Assembly (NCBI GenBank): GCA_043228905.1
Contig: JBHGNT010000013.1
Span: 10,912,001 to 10,976,000, forward strand
Length of the DNA: 64,000 bases
Direction of reading: 5' to 3'
Origin: Azolla caroliniana
Lineage: Eukaryota > Plantae > Polypodiophyta
Below the pieces are notes generated by a model that ran no database searches, was not told the DNA's origin, and saw nothing but the letters and a program-made list of their open reading frames with translations. Within the stretch, counting starts at the first letter, position 1. Every line of letters starts with the position of its first letter. The position numbers and the translations under genes were made by a program. Below, piece after piece: positions 46,504-57,763 of this stretch.

Positions 46504-48953
46504 TTATGGTGGAGGAGAATTCCTCTTCTTCCTGCTCCTCCTTATACCTGTAGGCAGCAGCACCTTGCAGGAAGCAGTAGCACCAGAAGATGATGAAGAT
46601 GAAGAAGATGATGATGAAGAAGAAGAAGAAGAAGATGATGATGAAGAAGATGATGATGAAGACGATGAAGAAGCATGCGAAGATTCAGAAGTAGAAGAGT
46701 TATTAGAAGAGGAGCTGTTGAAAGAAGAAAAAGAAGAGGACGAAGAAGAGGAGGACCTTGATGACCTATTATTATTATTCATGGAGCTACTAGATTTGGC
46801 CGTCTGATCAGGTTTAGGTTTAGTAGCCTTAGCAGTTGCTAAAGGATACGAGCTCTTCTTGCTTATACCTTTGATAGTGGAGGAGCTAGTAGAGAAGAGA
46901 TTAGCGAGAATCCCTGCTGCAAATCCCCCGCCATAGCTAACCGAAGATCCACCATTAACACTCTGCTGAGGATGAGTAGAATTAGGGTTATGGGTGTTAT
47001 AGTGATAATCTTTGTTGAAGCTACTACCATTGCTGTTCTGCATCCCCATGCTTTTGGAGCTGCTAGATGATCTGATGGACACCATGTTGGGCACATTGAG
47101 CACCGGGGCCACTCTCATCATGTTACTGTAGGAAGATGACCTCTCCAGGCTGTTATAGTTAGTATTAGGTTTTGCTCTCCAGCCATAGCTACCACCGTCT
47201 GATCTGATCTGTCTTGACGATGCTTTGAGTGTATCATACTTCTTCCTCTGTAAGGTCTTAGGGCTAAGACTACCTGATCTTCCAACGCTAGCGTTAGGGT
47301 TAGGGTTAGGGTTTAAAGACTTATAACCCTCTAAGCTTCGAGCCCTCATTAGCTTGCCATTGTGCGAGTACCTGACTCCATAGTTGCTTTTGTGCTGATG
47401 ATGGTGAACGTTTGGGGGCGTCAAGCGGTTTTCTTTGGAGTGGTTTAATCGATGGTGATGGTGGTAGTGGTTTTCATGATCCTGATACATGAGTAAATAG
47501 TGTGGATCCACACTCAGGGATGCCCTTCCTGGGGCCACAGAACAGTCAGTGGGAGGAGGAAGGGTTAGGGTTAGGGCACTGCTATTAGCCGCCCAACAGC
47601 ATCCATCCATACAATACATACTACTAGCTTGATCATTAGTATGATCATTAGTATGATCATTAGTGCCGGTGTGGCTGTCATTAACAACAGACTGGCTCTT
47701 GGCGCCCACATAAGTATTACTCATCAGTATTGCCCCTGCAGAGTGTCTCCCTGGGCTCCAATATCCTGAAGTACTGCTACTATTGCTATTATTGCTCATC
47801 CACATCGTTTGATCACGATCCGTAGGTGGGATGTCTGTTACAGTAGTTGTTGTAGCAGCAGAACCACCATGGCATTGTTTCTGGTATCGATCAAAGTAGC
47901 TGAATGATTGAGGATGGATCCTCTGTTGTTGTTGTTTTTGTTGTTGATCATCATTCACTATGAGGGGATCTTTATGGCTTGTGCTTGATGATTTCCTGGC
48001 CGATTGATACTCATTATTAGTGCTCATATCGTTACAGTTAGTAACAGCATTTGGTGATGCCTTGTTGTTAGGGTTTAGTAGTGATTTGAGCTTGAATGTT
48101 CCAAACAGTAACAGAGTTAGATCCTTGATCTTGGAGCAACACTTCACATTATTATTATTACGATGATGATTGCTTCTGATCTTACTTGACCTCACATTGT
48201 CACCATCACTTGAACCAGCAAAATTATCTTCATGGCTAGTTTCATCAGTATCCTTCCTCCTCAGAGCTTCTGAGAGAGTACATGGAAGAGGAGAAGCATC
48301 CGACGGGCGTTTCCCATTCTGCTGCATTGCCATTAATGTACTACTACTGCTCCTGCTACTTGCATTAACCATGCTTACTGATGGCTTATCAATTGAATCT
48401 ACATTTTCGTTTGGGTCATCATTATTACCATTGGCTAAATGGCGATGATTAGTAAAGGGGATTGCTGTGGCTGGCTGAAATGCAGTATTGTTGCTGTATT
48501 GATCAGGGGCTAGATACAAGGGCTCACTATGAATCATGTCATTACTATCACTACAGTTATTCTGACTGCTGTTATCATTGAAATTGTTATTATTGTTATT
48601 GTTGTGATGAATCTGAGAATTAGTGGAAAGGTGCAGATTTGTGTACTGAGGGACATAGAGAGGGAGTAGCTTGCCTTTGAAGAAGAGATCGTCTGCGGAG
48701 GCAATCTGTTGCTGCAGATAACCATGACCGCTCATACAATTGTAGTGGTAACTACTACTGTGGTTGCTGTTGCAGGACTGATAGTTACTGCTTGCATCTT
48801 CACGAAGATGACAACTACCATTAGCAGAAGTAGTAGTAGTAGTAGTAGTAGCCTCATCACATGGAGTAATAGTTGAATAATTCTGATGATGATGATGATG
48901 ATAGGCAATGCATGAAGAGAATTCAAAATCACTGGAATTATTATTTGGAGGAT

Positions 48954-48984
<31 letters not shown>

Positions 48985-48999
48985 AAGAGGAGACTGCAT
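46504..48999 (-). CDS. MAKR/BKI1-like (DUF1645-like) intrinsically disordered protein, single exon, 831 aa
   Basis: 2.5-kb open frame in AT-rich DNA; motifs SDFEFS, SADDLFFKGKLLPL and VAPVLNVP recalled from the membrane-associated kinase regulator/DUF1645 group; many homopolymer runs. Confidence 0.72.
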
Positions 49000-49099
49000 T
49001 CTTCTTTGTCACTAGTAGAGAAAAATGAACTGAGCTTAAGCTGATTTTGATGATGATTATTAACTCATACAGCAATTACTAGAAGATGGGGTATCTAAA

Positions 49100-49324
49100 A
49101 CAGGTGGGTTGGATGATGATGATGATGATGATGATGCATAATAGACCCCCATCTCTACTCCTCCATGGCAAGCAAATCATGAGGAAGTAGTAGTAGCAGC
49201 TACTGATCAGAAGCATCAAACATAGTTAAAAGAAAGGCTATCTAAATCTAGCCATCTAGATGTATATATTATATAAATGTAATGAACCCTTTCATGTGGA
49301 GCAGCAGTACAGAAGATAAGGCAT

Positions 49325-49369
<45 letters not shown>

Positions 49370-49560
49370 CAGATGTAGGGATGGGATGAGATGAATGAAT
49401 GATTCATGTTGACTGACTAGTGCCTCTCAAAACAAGGTTTCTTTCCATATATATATGGAGTTGTACAGTTATGGAAAACATTGAATTCTCTCTCTCTCTC
49501 TCTCAAAAGAAGAGCAATTCCTATACATATAAATATCGTGTATGGTGATCATCAAAGGCT

Positions 49561-49599
<39 letters not shown>

Positions 49600-49750
49600 A
49601 GCCCAGAGCCCTTCCCCTGCCTCTGAGAAATTATTACTGTGGCCTGCAGATCCTCTTCTCTGCTGCCAATACCTTTAATCTTTTCCCTGCTTCCCTCCCT
49701 CTGCATATGTGTGTGTAAGTAATTAATGTTGGGCAGTCACCAAGTTTAGC

Positions 49751-49786
<36 letters not shown>

Positions 49787-50698
49787 GTCTGGGGGCTAGT
49801 GACGGACTGTCTGACTTGAGTGAGAGAGGAAAAACAGAAGAAAAGATACCCCCCAGAAACAGAGAGTATATGTATGTATGTATGTATGTATATGTATGTA
49901 TACCTCCATTCTATTCTTCATACCTCAACCCTATGTATGTATGTCCAAGGGGCACACATACATACATACATACAGTTATATGCATCCATACATTTGCATG
50001 ATGATTGCATCGTCGTCCATCCACAAGTTAATTGCATCCGTGACCTTTTTTACTTCTACTTGCATTGCAATGCAATGGACATACAGAGAGAGAGATTAGC
50101 TATTATGTATATATTGCATGCTTCCCCATATGTATATGTATATATGTATATATGTATCTATGTGTGCAGGAATTTGCATGCATACTTACTTTCTGACCTA
50201 CATTACATACCTACAGACATGTATGTGTGTTCTCTAAGTCTGTTTCTTTCTAGTTAGGGTTTTGTTCTTTTGTTTTAGGGTTTGGGGAGGGGGGGGGAGG
50301 AGGATTTATCATCTCAGTTAGTTGTGGCAGATAGCACTTCCATATTAGTAGACTTGTTGCTATCTATCTTATCTTATCTCTACATGCACTTTCTGAATAG
50401 CCTTGGTAAACGTGTTAAATTTCTCCATTTCCTTTTAAATTATGATCTGTTTCTTGTTTTTGTTTTTCCTTTGGTGTTAAAAAATTGAGCCATAGTAATT
50501 GCAGTCAGTCAGTCAAGTCAGTTCTTAAAGAGCAAGTCCTTATTACTACTCCATCCAGATTTGTCTGGGGGTAGTAGTAGACATGAAAGAGAAAGAGAGA
50601 GAAACAGAGGAGCACGATGCCGATGCCGCTTCGGCGATTAATGCTCCTTGTCTGTTTTTTATCGTATGACTCGCCATTATAAGTGACTCTTCGAGATC

Positions 50699-50730
<32 letters not shown>

Positions 50731-50818
50731 CTCTCCATTTTCTCTCTGCATGATCTGAAATGTGCATCATGTTTTGAATGCTATCAACAGCTGTACTATA
50801 AGAAGTAAGTAAGTAATT

Positions 50819-50863
<45 letters not shown>

Positions 50864-51213
50864 AAGGAGGGAAGGGAATGGGGTGTTTGTGTAGGTGAAA
50901 AAAGCATTTGTTTGGATTGATGGAATGAAATGCTACCATTAGCTTTCTTTCTGTACATAACACAAATTCAATGTTGATGTGCTCTAAGCAAGAGGTACAC
51001 ACACACACACACACACCCCACCAACATATCTTTATTTAATAATGCCTTTTGATTTATTTTGCCCTCTCAATCCATCCATCCATCCATCCATCTATTCCTC
51101 TTATCTATCTGGCCTTGATCTTACAGTTGTAAAACCAGGAGGTAAAGATGACCCATGGCCTGGCTGTATGTGTATTAAGCAATGTTTTTGGTCCAGCACA
51201 GCTATATTGATTT

Positions 51214-51244
<31 letters not shown>

Positions 51245-51760
51245 ATGAAAAAAACATACAAAGCTTGGATCCCCACTTGGAATCAAATCATGTATGTGTT
51301 GTAGATTGCAGAAACATGCTTACATAAGATTTGCAAAAACTACTAGATTTGAATAGGAGGATGACAAAGAAAAGCGCTTTCAATATAAAAGTGCAGGGTT
51401 TCATGGGGGTAACTGAATGTTGGGTGGATTATTAAGGAAGGTGACATGCCTGCATCATATCATGTATGTATGTATGGGTGTCATGTATGTGGGTCTCCAT
51501 GGAAAATACAAAAGTTAAAGGGAATTAAGACACAATTACATGCAGTGCATACATCCATACATACATACAAATTTACAATACATACATAACATACAGGCAA
51601 GCAGACAGACAGACATAGGGTCTCCTTTTCCAATACATATACATATATATATGTAATAATGTATATATATTTACTATATTGATTATTTACTACCTACTCT
51701 ATAGTATATGTAGTCTGAATGTAAGTGTGGCAAGGCATCTGTAGCTTGTTCAGAGAAGGC

Positions 51761-51810
<50 letters not shown>

Positions 51811-52373
51811 ACATTCAATAACCTCTGAACAATGCATACATAAATACATACATACATACATATACATACATACACACACATATATGTATAACAGTATCTG
51901 TATATATATATGTATTATGTATATATACTTCTGCCTGCCTGCTTGTCTCATATGAACAGAGTAAGTGAGAGAGACAGAGAGAGCTTTGCATTCATATCAG
52001 ATTTATTTCAGTTCCTCTCTCTAGACTCTTTCTTTTCCTTCTTATATATTTGGTCCTCCTGACTCTACCTTCAAGACCTCAAACTTCACAAAGAAAAGAA
52101 AAAGGTGTGAGAAGCTAAAGGCCACCACACCAAACACTTTGTTTTTTTTTGCTTTGCTTTTTGGTTGGGGGGGGCGGGGGGGGGAGTTTGAATTGTTTTT
52201 TTGTTGTGTGTGTGTGTGTGTGTGTGTGTGTTTCATTCATCATTTACCTTTTCTTGGGATGTATGAGTTTGAAAGAATAAAAAAGAGAGGCTCCTCAAAT
52301 CTTGACAAAAGGAAAAACAAAAAGGACATTACCCCAAAGGTAAAAAAAAATGTATCCAAAAAAAGACAAATTT

Positions 52374-52410
<37 letters not shown>

Positions 52411-52490
52411 ATAGATTTTATTATCGTCCTCGGAGGTCAAATATGACCTATCCAATGCACAAAGAGAGAGAGAGAGAGAGAGAGACATGT
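49100..52490. repeat. Microsatellite-dense upstream region (GAT, AGT, CT/GA, TA, CA, TATG arrays)
   Basis: More than a dozen SSR tracts directly visible; accounts for the low-complexity ORFs here. Confidence 0.9.
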
Positions 52491-54599
52491 GTTTTGGCAA
52501 GCCCCTCGAAAAGACCATTGTGATTGATGCACCCATCTCTTCTCTCTTTGTCTTTCAACCATGGAGAAAAAACGCTTTCTTACCTTCGAGCGGTCGAGTA
52601 TTAGACACACACAAACACACTCACCTTTCTCTTCAGAGAATGCACCTTTACAACACACATTGCCATCCTTTGGAGTGTACCGATTTCCCAACTTTCATGC
52701 AATGCTGCAATGCCAAGAGACAAACATTTGTACTCGTTGTCATCTAGTTACATTGTGTGCTCTCTTTGTGTTTAGACTCCATCCTCCGCACACTCCCTCC
52801 TTCCCCCCCTTTGTGGCTCAAGACACGATCTGCTTTATTTTCTCTTTGGAGTTGCGTAGATGTGATACTAGGCAAAATGGTCCAAAGAGCATACAATTTG
52901 CTCTATCTAAGGCTCTTCGTGTGCCACCCTTATTTTCAACATTTTTAAAAATGCATAGTGTTTAGCTTGGTATGATGTAGGACATGCTTTGCATTTGTTG
53001 GCCTACTATCTAGGTATGATGCAATAATATGTCGGACCCTCACAAATCCAAGAAACACAAACATTTGTTGCTCATTCCCCCCCCCTCCTTCACTCCCACT
53101 CTTCCAAGTCCAAGAAACTTTCACTCTATTTTGCAAAATCTTGTGATATTGCATACCATAAATGGGAAAAGAGAAGCTCCTTCTTATAGTGGAAAATGAC
53201 AAAGGCTTCCTGTGCCTCCACTAATAGAAAACAATTGTGTTTATTATGGTAGAAATCACTGTAATTTAGGTGTACGTTCTCTAAATTCATTCGGCAAATA
53301 AGGATGTATAAAAAGGCATACATTGAAACATGAAAGAAGACATAGGGTACGGTTACGAGTCCTTAAAGTTTGTGTATTTTCTATGGTGTTCATGTGTGGT
53401 CTTATGATTTCGGTTGAGTGCACTTACATGTACCAACAAGAATGTGCATTTCTTGAGTCATGAGCCCATTATACAATAGTTAGGCATCATTACCGACGAG
53501 CAAATGAACTCAACCAGCCATGTTCGCAATAGTGTTGTGCACATTTTATATGTGCCCTTCCCTTAAAATTGCATATACACTTCATTTCTACATGGCCTAG
53601 ACACCTATTATTGAGGTGCTTCAAAAATCATTTGACATACACTTCATACTGAAGTGAATATGAATGAAACAATTGCATATGTTCCTCGACAATAAAACAA
53701 ATTGATGCGGTGTATATTAATCTAAAGAAAAACCATACCACTTAATGTAGTCCACATATATTTGTAATCTAGCCATGCTATTCAATCTTGTTTATATGTA
53801 GTTGTCGTGGAATATTCGATACATACATATTACATGTTAATAAGTACTTAGAAGTATTTGAACAAACCTTCTTACAATAGTGTGCATACATATATTATCA
53901 TGTATGAGTGCAGGCTAGAGGACTTAGGGTGATCTAATAGAGCTATAGTCCCAAACAATGGGTTGATCATGATACTTGGTATCTTTCCAACGTTATCAAA
54001 CCATAGTTACAAAAATGGGAGATTTGTGTATACCTAAGAAGGTCATGATACAATGAAGATATAAATAATAGATGCCAAATTTATCAATAAGAACAATAGG
54101 GAAGGGAAATTCCATAACTCTTATTTCTCACACCCAAGAGAAATATATACACTTTTTAGGTCATTCGTCAAATAAACATAGGAAACTATGGTGTTTGGAC
54201 ATCAATTGTTCCACATTATGGAGAGGAGTAATGCCAAAGATATTATATACAGATTGTAAAGGTGTTGTTAGCCATAAGTAGGACAAAATCTATGACTAGG
54301 GAGTTACTAGGACCTGTGGTCGGTCCCTATCGACAACAATATTGGTGCCTTCATTGTCTGTCATTGTTGGTCCATTTGTTTTTTGCCTTCTTCCTTACCT
54401 ATTTTTGCATTTATTTATTTTTCTTCTTGTGATTGCTTTCATTATTTGCTTACACAATACTAATAGACAATATCTTAAAACAAGACAAGAGTTCAAAAAA
54501 TCCCTCTTGACCCCACTACAACAATGAGTATCTTTATGGTAAGATAAACCCCATGATGTGAGTTGAGGTAATGTAGATTCTTTAATAGCAAGGTGCCCA

Positions 54600-56290
54600 A
54601 AAGAGCTTAGTTGTAAGAACTATTACAAAATCAAAACTTGGATTTCAATCTATGTACCTTTTGAGGTACTACATGGAGAGCGACGAACAAGAACACATTT
54701 TACATACTTTGGTTAAACTATGGAACTGAATATCTAAAGTATTAAAACATCCTAGCTAACAATGCCCAAAGCTTTGGCATAACAACCTAAATGTCTTTAG
54801 GAACTGGGTATTGAAGGAATTTGCACTTGATTGTCCCATTTGAAACATGTCGACATTTAAAAATTGGCACCAAATGCCACTCACCCACCATTGCCCACCA
54901 AAGTAAACAGTTTCACATGAAATGGAAGTGCATTGCCATCATGCACTTAACACTCAAGAGGAATATCCCACATAAGTGACACCCCCAAAGGAATTTCTAT
55001 CTTCAATCAACTTATGATTGATGTCATTGGTAATCACAACCAAAATTGTTTTTTTTGTTAGTGAAGTGATTGATCTCTCTACAATTGTGTCGCCACAAAT
55101 TCTTGGAGATACAAGAAGTTCCTGAATCCCACATTATGAAGGCCACCATTACCTACCTTTTGTGACATTAAAATCATACTTTCCATAGTAACTGAGTGTG
55201 TCACCGTATGCTTGGATATGTCTTTCCCATCCCAATGCAAGAGTTTCAACATAACGACAAGAAAACCTTGATTATAACATTACTTGAACTCTAAGGAACC
55301 TAAATGACCAATCTTAACCTTCATGCCACGAGCACTAAGTGTTTCAACCATAACAATGCCAAACATTTTAATGAGCGAGCATCTTTGACAATATGACATT
55401 GTGAGAGTTCAATCATTTCTATCAAGGTATATAAGTCTAATCCTCTCCAATAATGGGCAATGTCTCCACAATTATCATGTCAAAGTTATTGCCCATGGCC
55501 ACTTGACCATCCAACATAACATGTGAGATTGCACCAAACTCCATTGCAAGTGAGTCATGACATACTTCCACCAAAACTTAGAACCCACAACAATAAATTA
55601 TCAACTAATATGATCATATGTTGTTTCCAAATCATTACTATTTATTGTTTGACTATTTACTATAATTGACGGAAACTTTGCACACTCCAAATATTATAAG
55701 TATGTCTCACTCAAAATATGCCTATCCTTCACTAGGTGGACAAAGTAATACCAACTCTTAAAATTAAACCTTTATCTAACCATGGGAAAAAATATGATCC
55801 ACTATTTTATCTATATGTCTCCATTGCCCAAAGGATGCAATTGATGCAATATTTAGAAGAAGCTTAAGAGTCCATATTCCCAATAATAAGGCATCTTCTA
55901 AATACTCTACATTTCTTGGTACAACATCACATTTCTTGAACCTTACATTACTTTTCTTTTTTTTTGAAATTTCCGTTGCTCATTGTATCCTAGCCTATGG
56001 TTATACCACCAAAAATATTCAAAAAGACACATTTTGTCCCATCTTCAATTAAGTTTCACTCTCCATCCTATCCCAACATGCTTTTATCATAAAAATGATC
56101 ATTTTTCTAGGTGTGTCACAACTACATGCCCAATTGCTTGATCCTAAATATGTGCAAATAGAATTGTTCATGCATGACCATGCTAAACATAAACCAACTA
56201 TTTGGAACTCATAAGATTGATCAATGTACAATAATACAATTCTCAATAATAAGTTGTTGTGGATAATGTTGAGATTATTCTTTGGCCTTT
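54600..56290 (-). pseudogene. Possible highly degraded F-box/LRR-like pseudogene
   Basis: Minus-strand remnant NNLNIIHNNLLLRIVLLYIDQSYEFQIVGLCLAWS (about 56170-56280) resembles an F-box; WRHCPLLERIRL near 55440-55470 resembles an LRR unit; many stops. Confidence 0.3.
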
Positions 56291-56694
56291 AGGTGGACTG
56301 CATTAAATCTAGGTCGCAAAGATTCCGCTTAACATCACAAAGTTGGTCAATCAAACTCCAATTTCTAATGTCGAAGGTTTACAAACTTCTTGTTGAAGGC
56401 TTTGGTGTCTTAAAGGAGGTCCATCACTTCTCCAAATAATTAAAGATGGGTTCCAACTTAGAAAGGAAAGCACTGTGGAGAGGCGAGTAAATTTCTACCA
56501 AGGGTACAAACTAAGCTTGTATCATAGTAGTCACACAAGCACCAATAAGCCCTACTTCTCTGAATGTGTGAGGACAACTTTGACATTAGAGCTGATTGTG
56601 AATCACACTTGATTGATGAATGCCCAAAATTTTCATACATCCCATCAAATAGGGTTTGGGTTTACTGAGATTAGGATTCCATATTGTAGGAGTG

Positions 56695-57012
56695 GGTGAG
56701 CTAGAGCTCACTTCGAGAAAGCTTAGATTCAAGGAAAGCTTAAGTCAATGAAAGCTTAGAGTCGAGAAATGCCTTTCACTGGATGAATGCTTAGCTCGAG
56801 GAAGTCTCAGACCCGAAAAAACTTAGTCTCAAGGAAATCTCAAACTTGATGAAAGCTTAGACTCAAGGAAAGCCTTTGACTTTAGAAAAGCCTTTGCTTG
56901 GAGGAAGCATTAGAGTTGAAGAATGCCTTTCACTCAAGGAAACCCTAAGTCGAGGAATAACTTTCACTCGATGAAAGACTTTGACTTGGGGAAAGCTTCG
57001 AGACAAGGAATT
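56695..57012. repeat. Degenerate minisatellite, about 19-bp unit GAAAGCTTAGACTCAAG(GA)
   Basis: Recurrent GAAAGCTT/GGAAAGCC...CTC(A/G)AG units. Confidence 0.7.
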
Positions 57013-57324
57013 CCTTCTCCCTCTCACCAACACCATGACTCAATCACACTCACTCTCTCATTCCGTCTCACCTTGGTAGTGCTCCAGTGATTAACACAAG
57101 AACTAGGGTTAAGTACACTTGTTTAATATAATAAACCTAGACTAACACTCCACATTTAAAGTTTTTTACAAAAAAAATTCCATTTATAAAATAGGGAACA
57201 ATAGATTACAAAATAATCAAAAAAGTAATTACGAGAAGTGTTTACAAAGGCGGTAATTAAGGTAGACAAGTTAGATAATGATAAGGATCCAAGTTTTGTG
57301 GTCTTCAATGAACTTTCCTATGAT

Positions 57325-57713
57325 TGTTGTATGCCTGGCCGGACTAGCCTCAACACAGGTGTCTATCCGACACTTCTCCAAAGGGGTGGTAAGGATTGGA
57401 TGCTAGGTTACACGTGTAAGATGATTACACTAAGCACAGACGGTAAAACAATACAAAGACAACGATAAACACGCAATAAGTATAATTGTATTACTTCCGT
57501 AAAGCATTTACAAATCATCGGATCCTTTTATAGGCATCCGGCAAGGTTACAATCGGTGCGCTTAGGCAACCGACATCTGAATCGGTCTGGATCCGGATTG
57601 GTACCACTGTACCAGATCCGTCCCTCCGAATAATAAATATACTATTATTTACTTCCTATTATCCGATCCGACTCCGCCTTCCCACTTGTCCTTGCTCTTC
57701 TGACCGGCCAACA
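57325..57713 (-). repeat. 3' LTR of Gypsy-C
   Basis: TGTTG...CAACA termini; partner LTR not in window, so boundaries are inferred from termini and analogy to Gypsy-B. Confidence 0.75.
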
Positions 57714-57715
57714 CA

Positions 57716-57731
57716 TGGCACGCCCGTGGGA
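57716..57731 (+). promoter_or_regulatory. Inverted tRNA-Arg-like primer-binding site in place of the PPT (Gypsy-C)
   Basis: TGGCACGCCCGTGGGA, 2 nt from the LTR end, same placement as in Gypsy-B. Confidence 0.75.
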
Positions 57732-57763
57732 AAGTGCCTTGCACTTCGAACCCACTCCCAGCC

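Noticed and set aside
46565-46807. Poly-Asp/Glu ORF on plus strand
   Set aside because: Antisense shadow of the poly-Ser tract of the 831-aa gene.
49481-52965. Numerous short ORFs (LSLSLS, YIYIYI, VCVC)
   Set aside because: Microsatellite translations without domain content.
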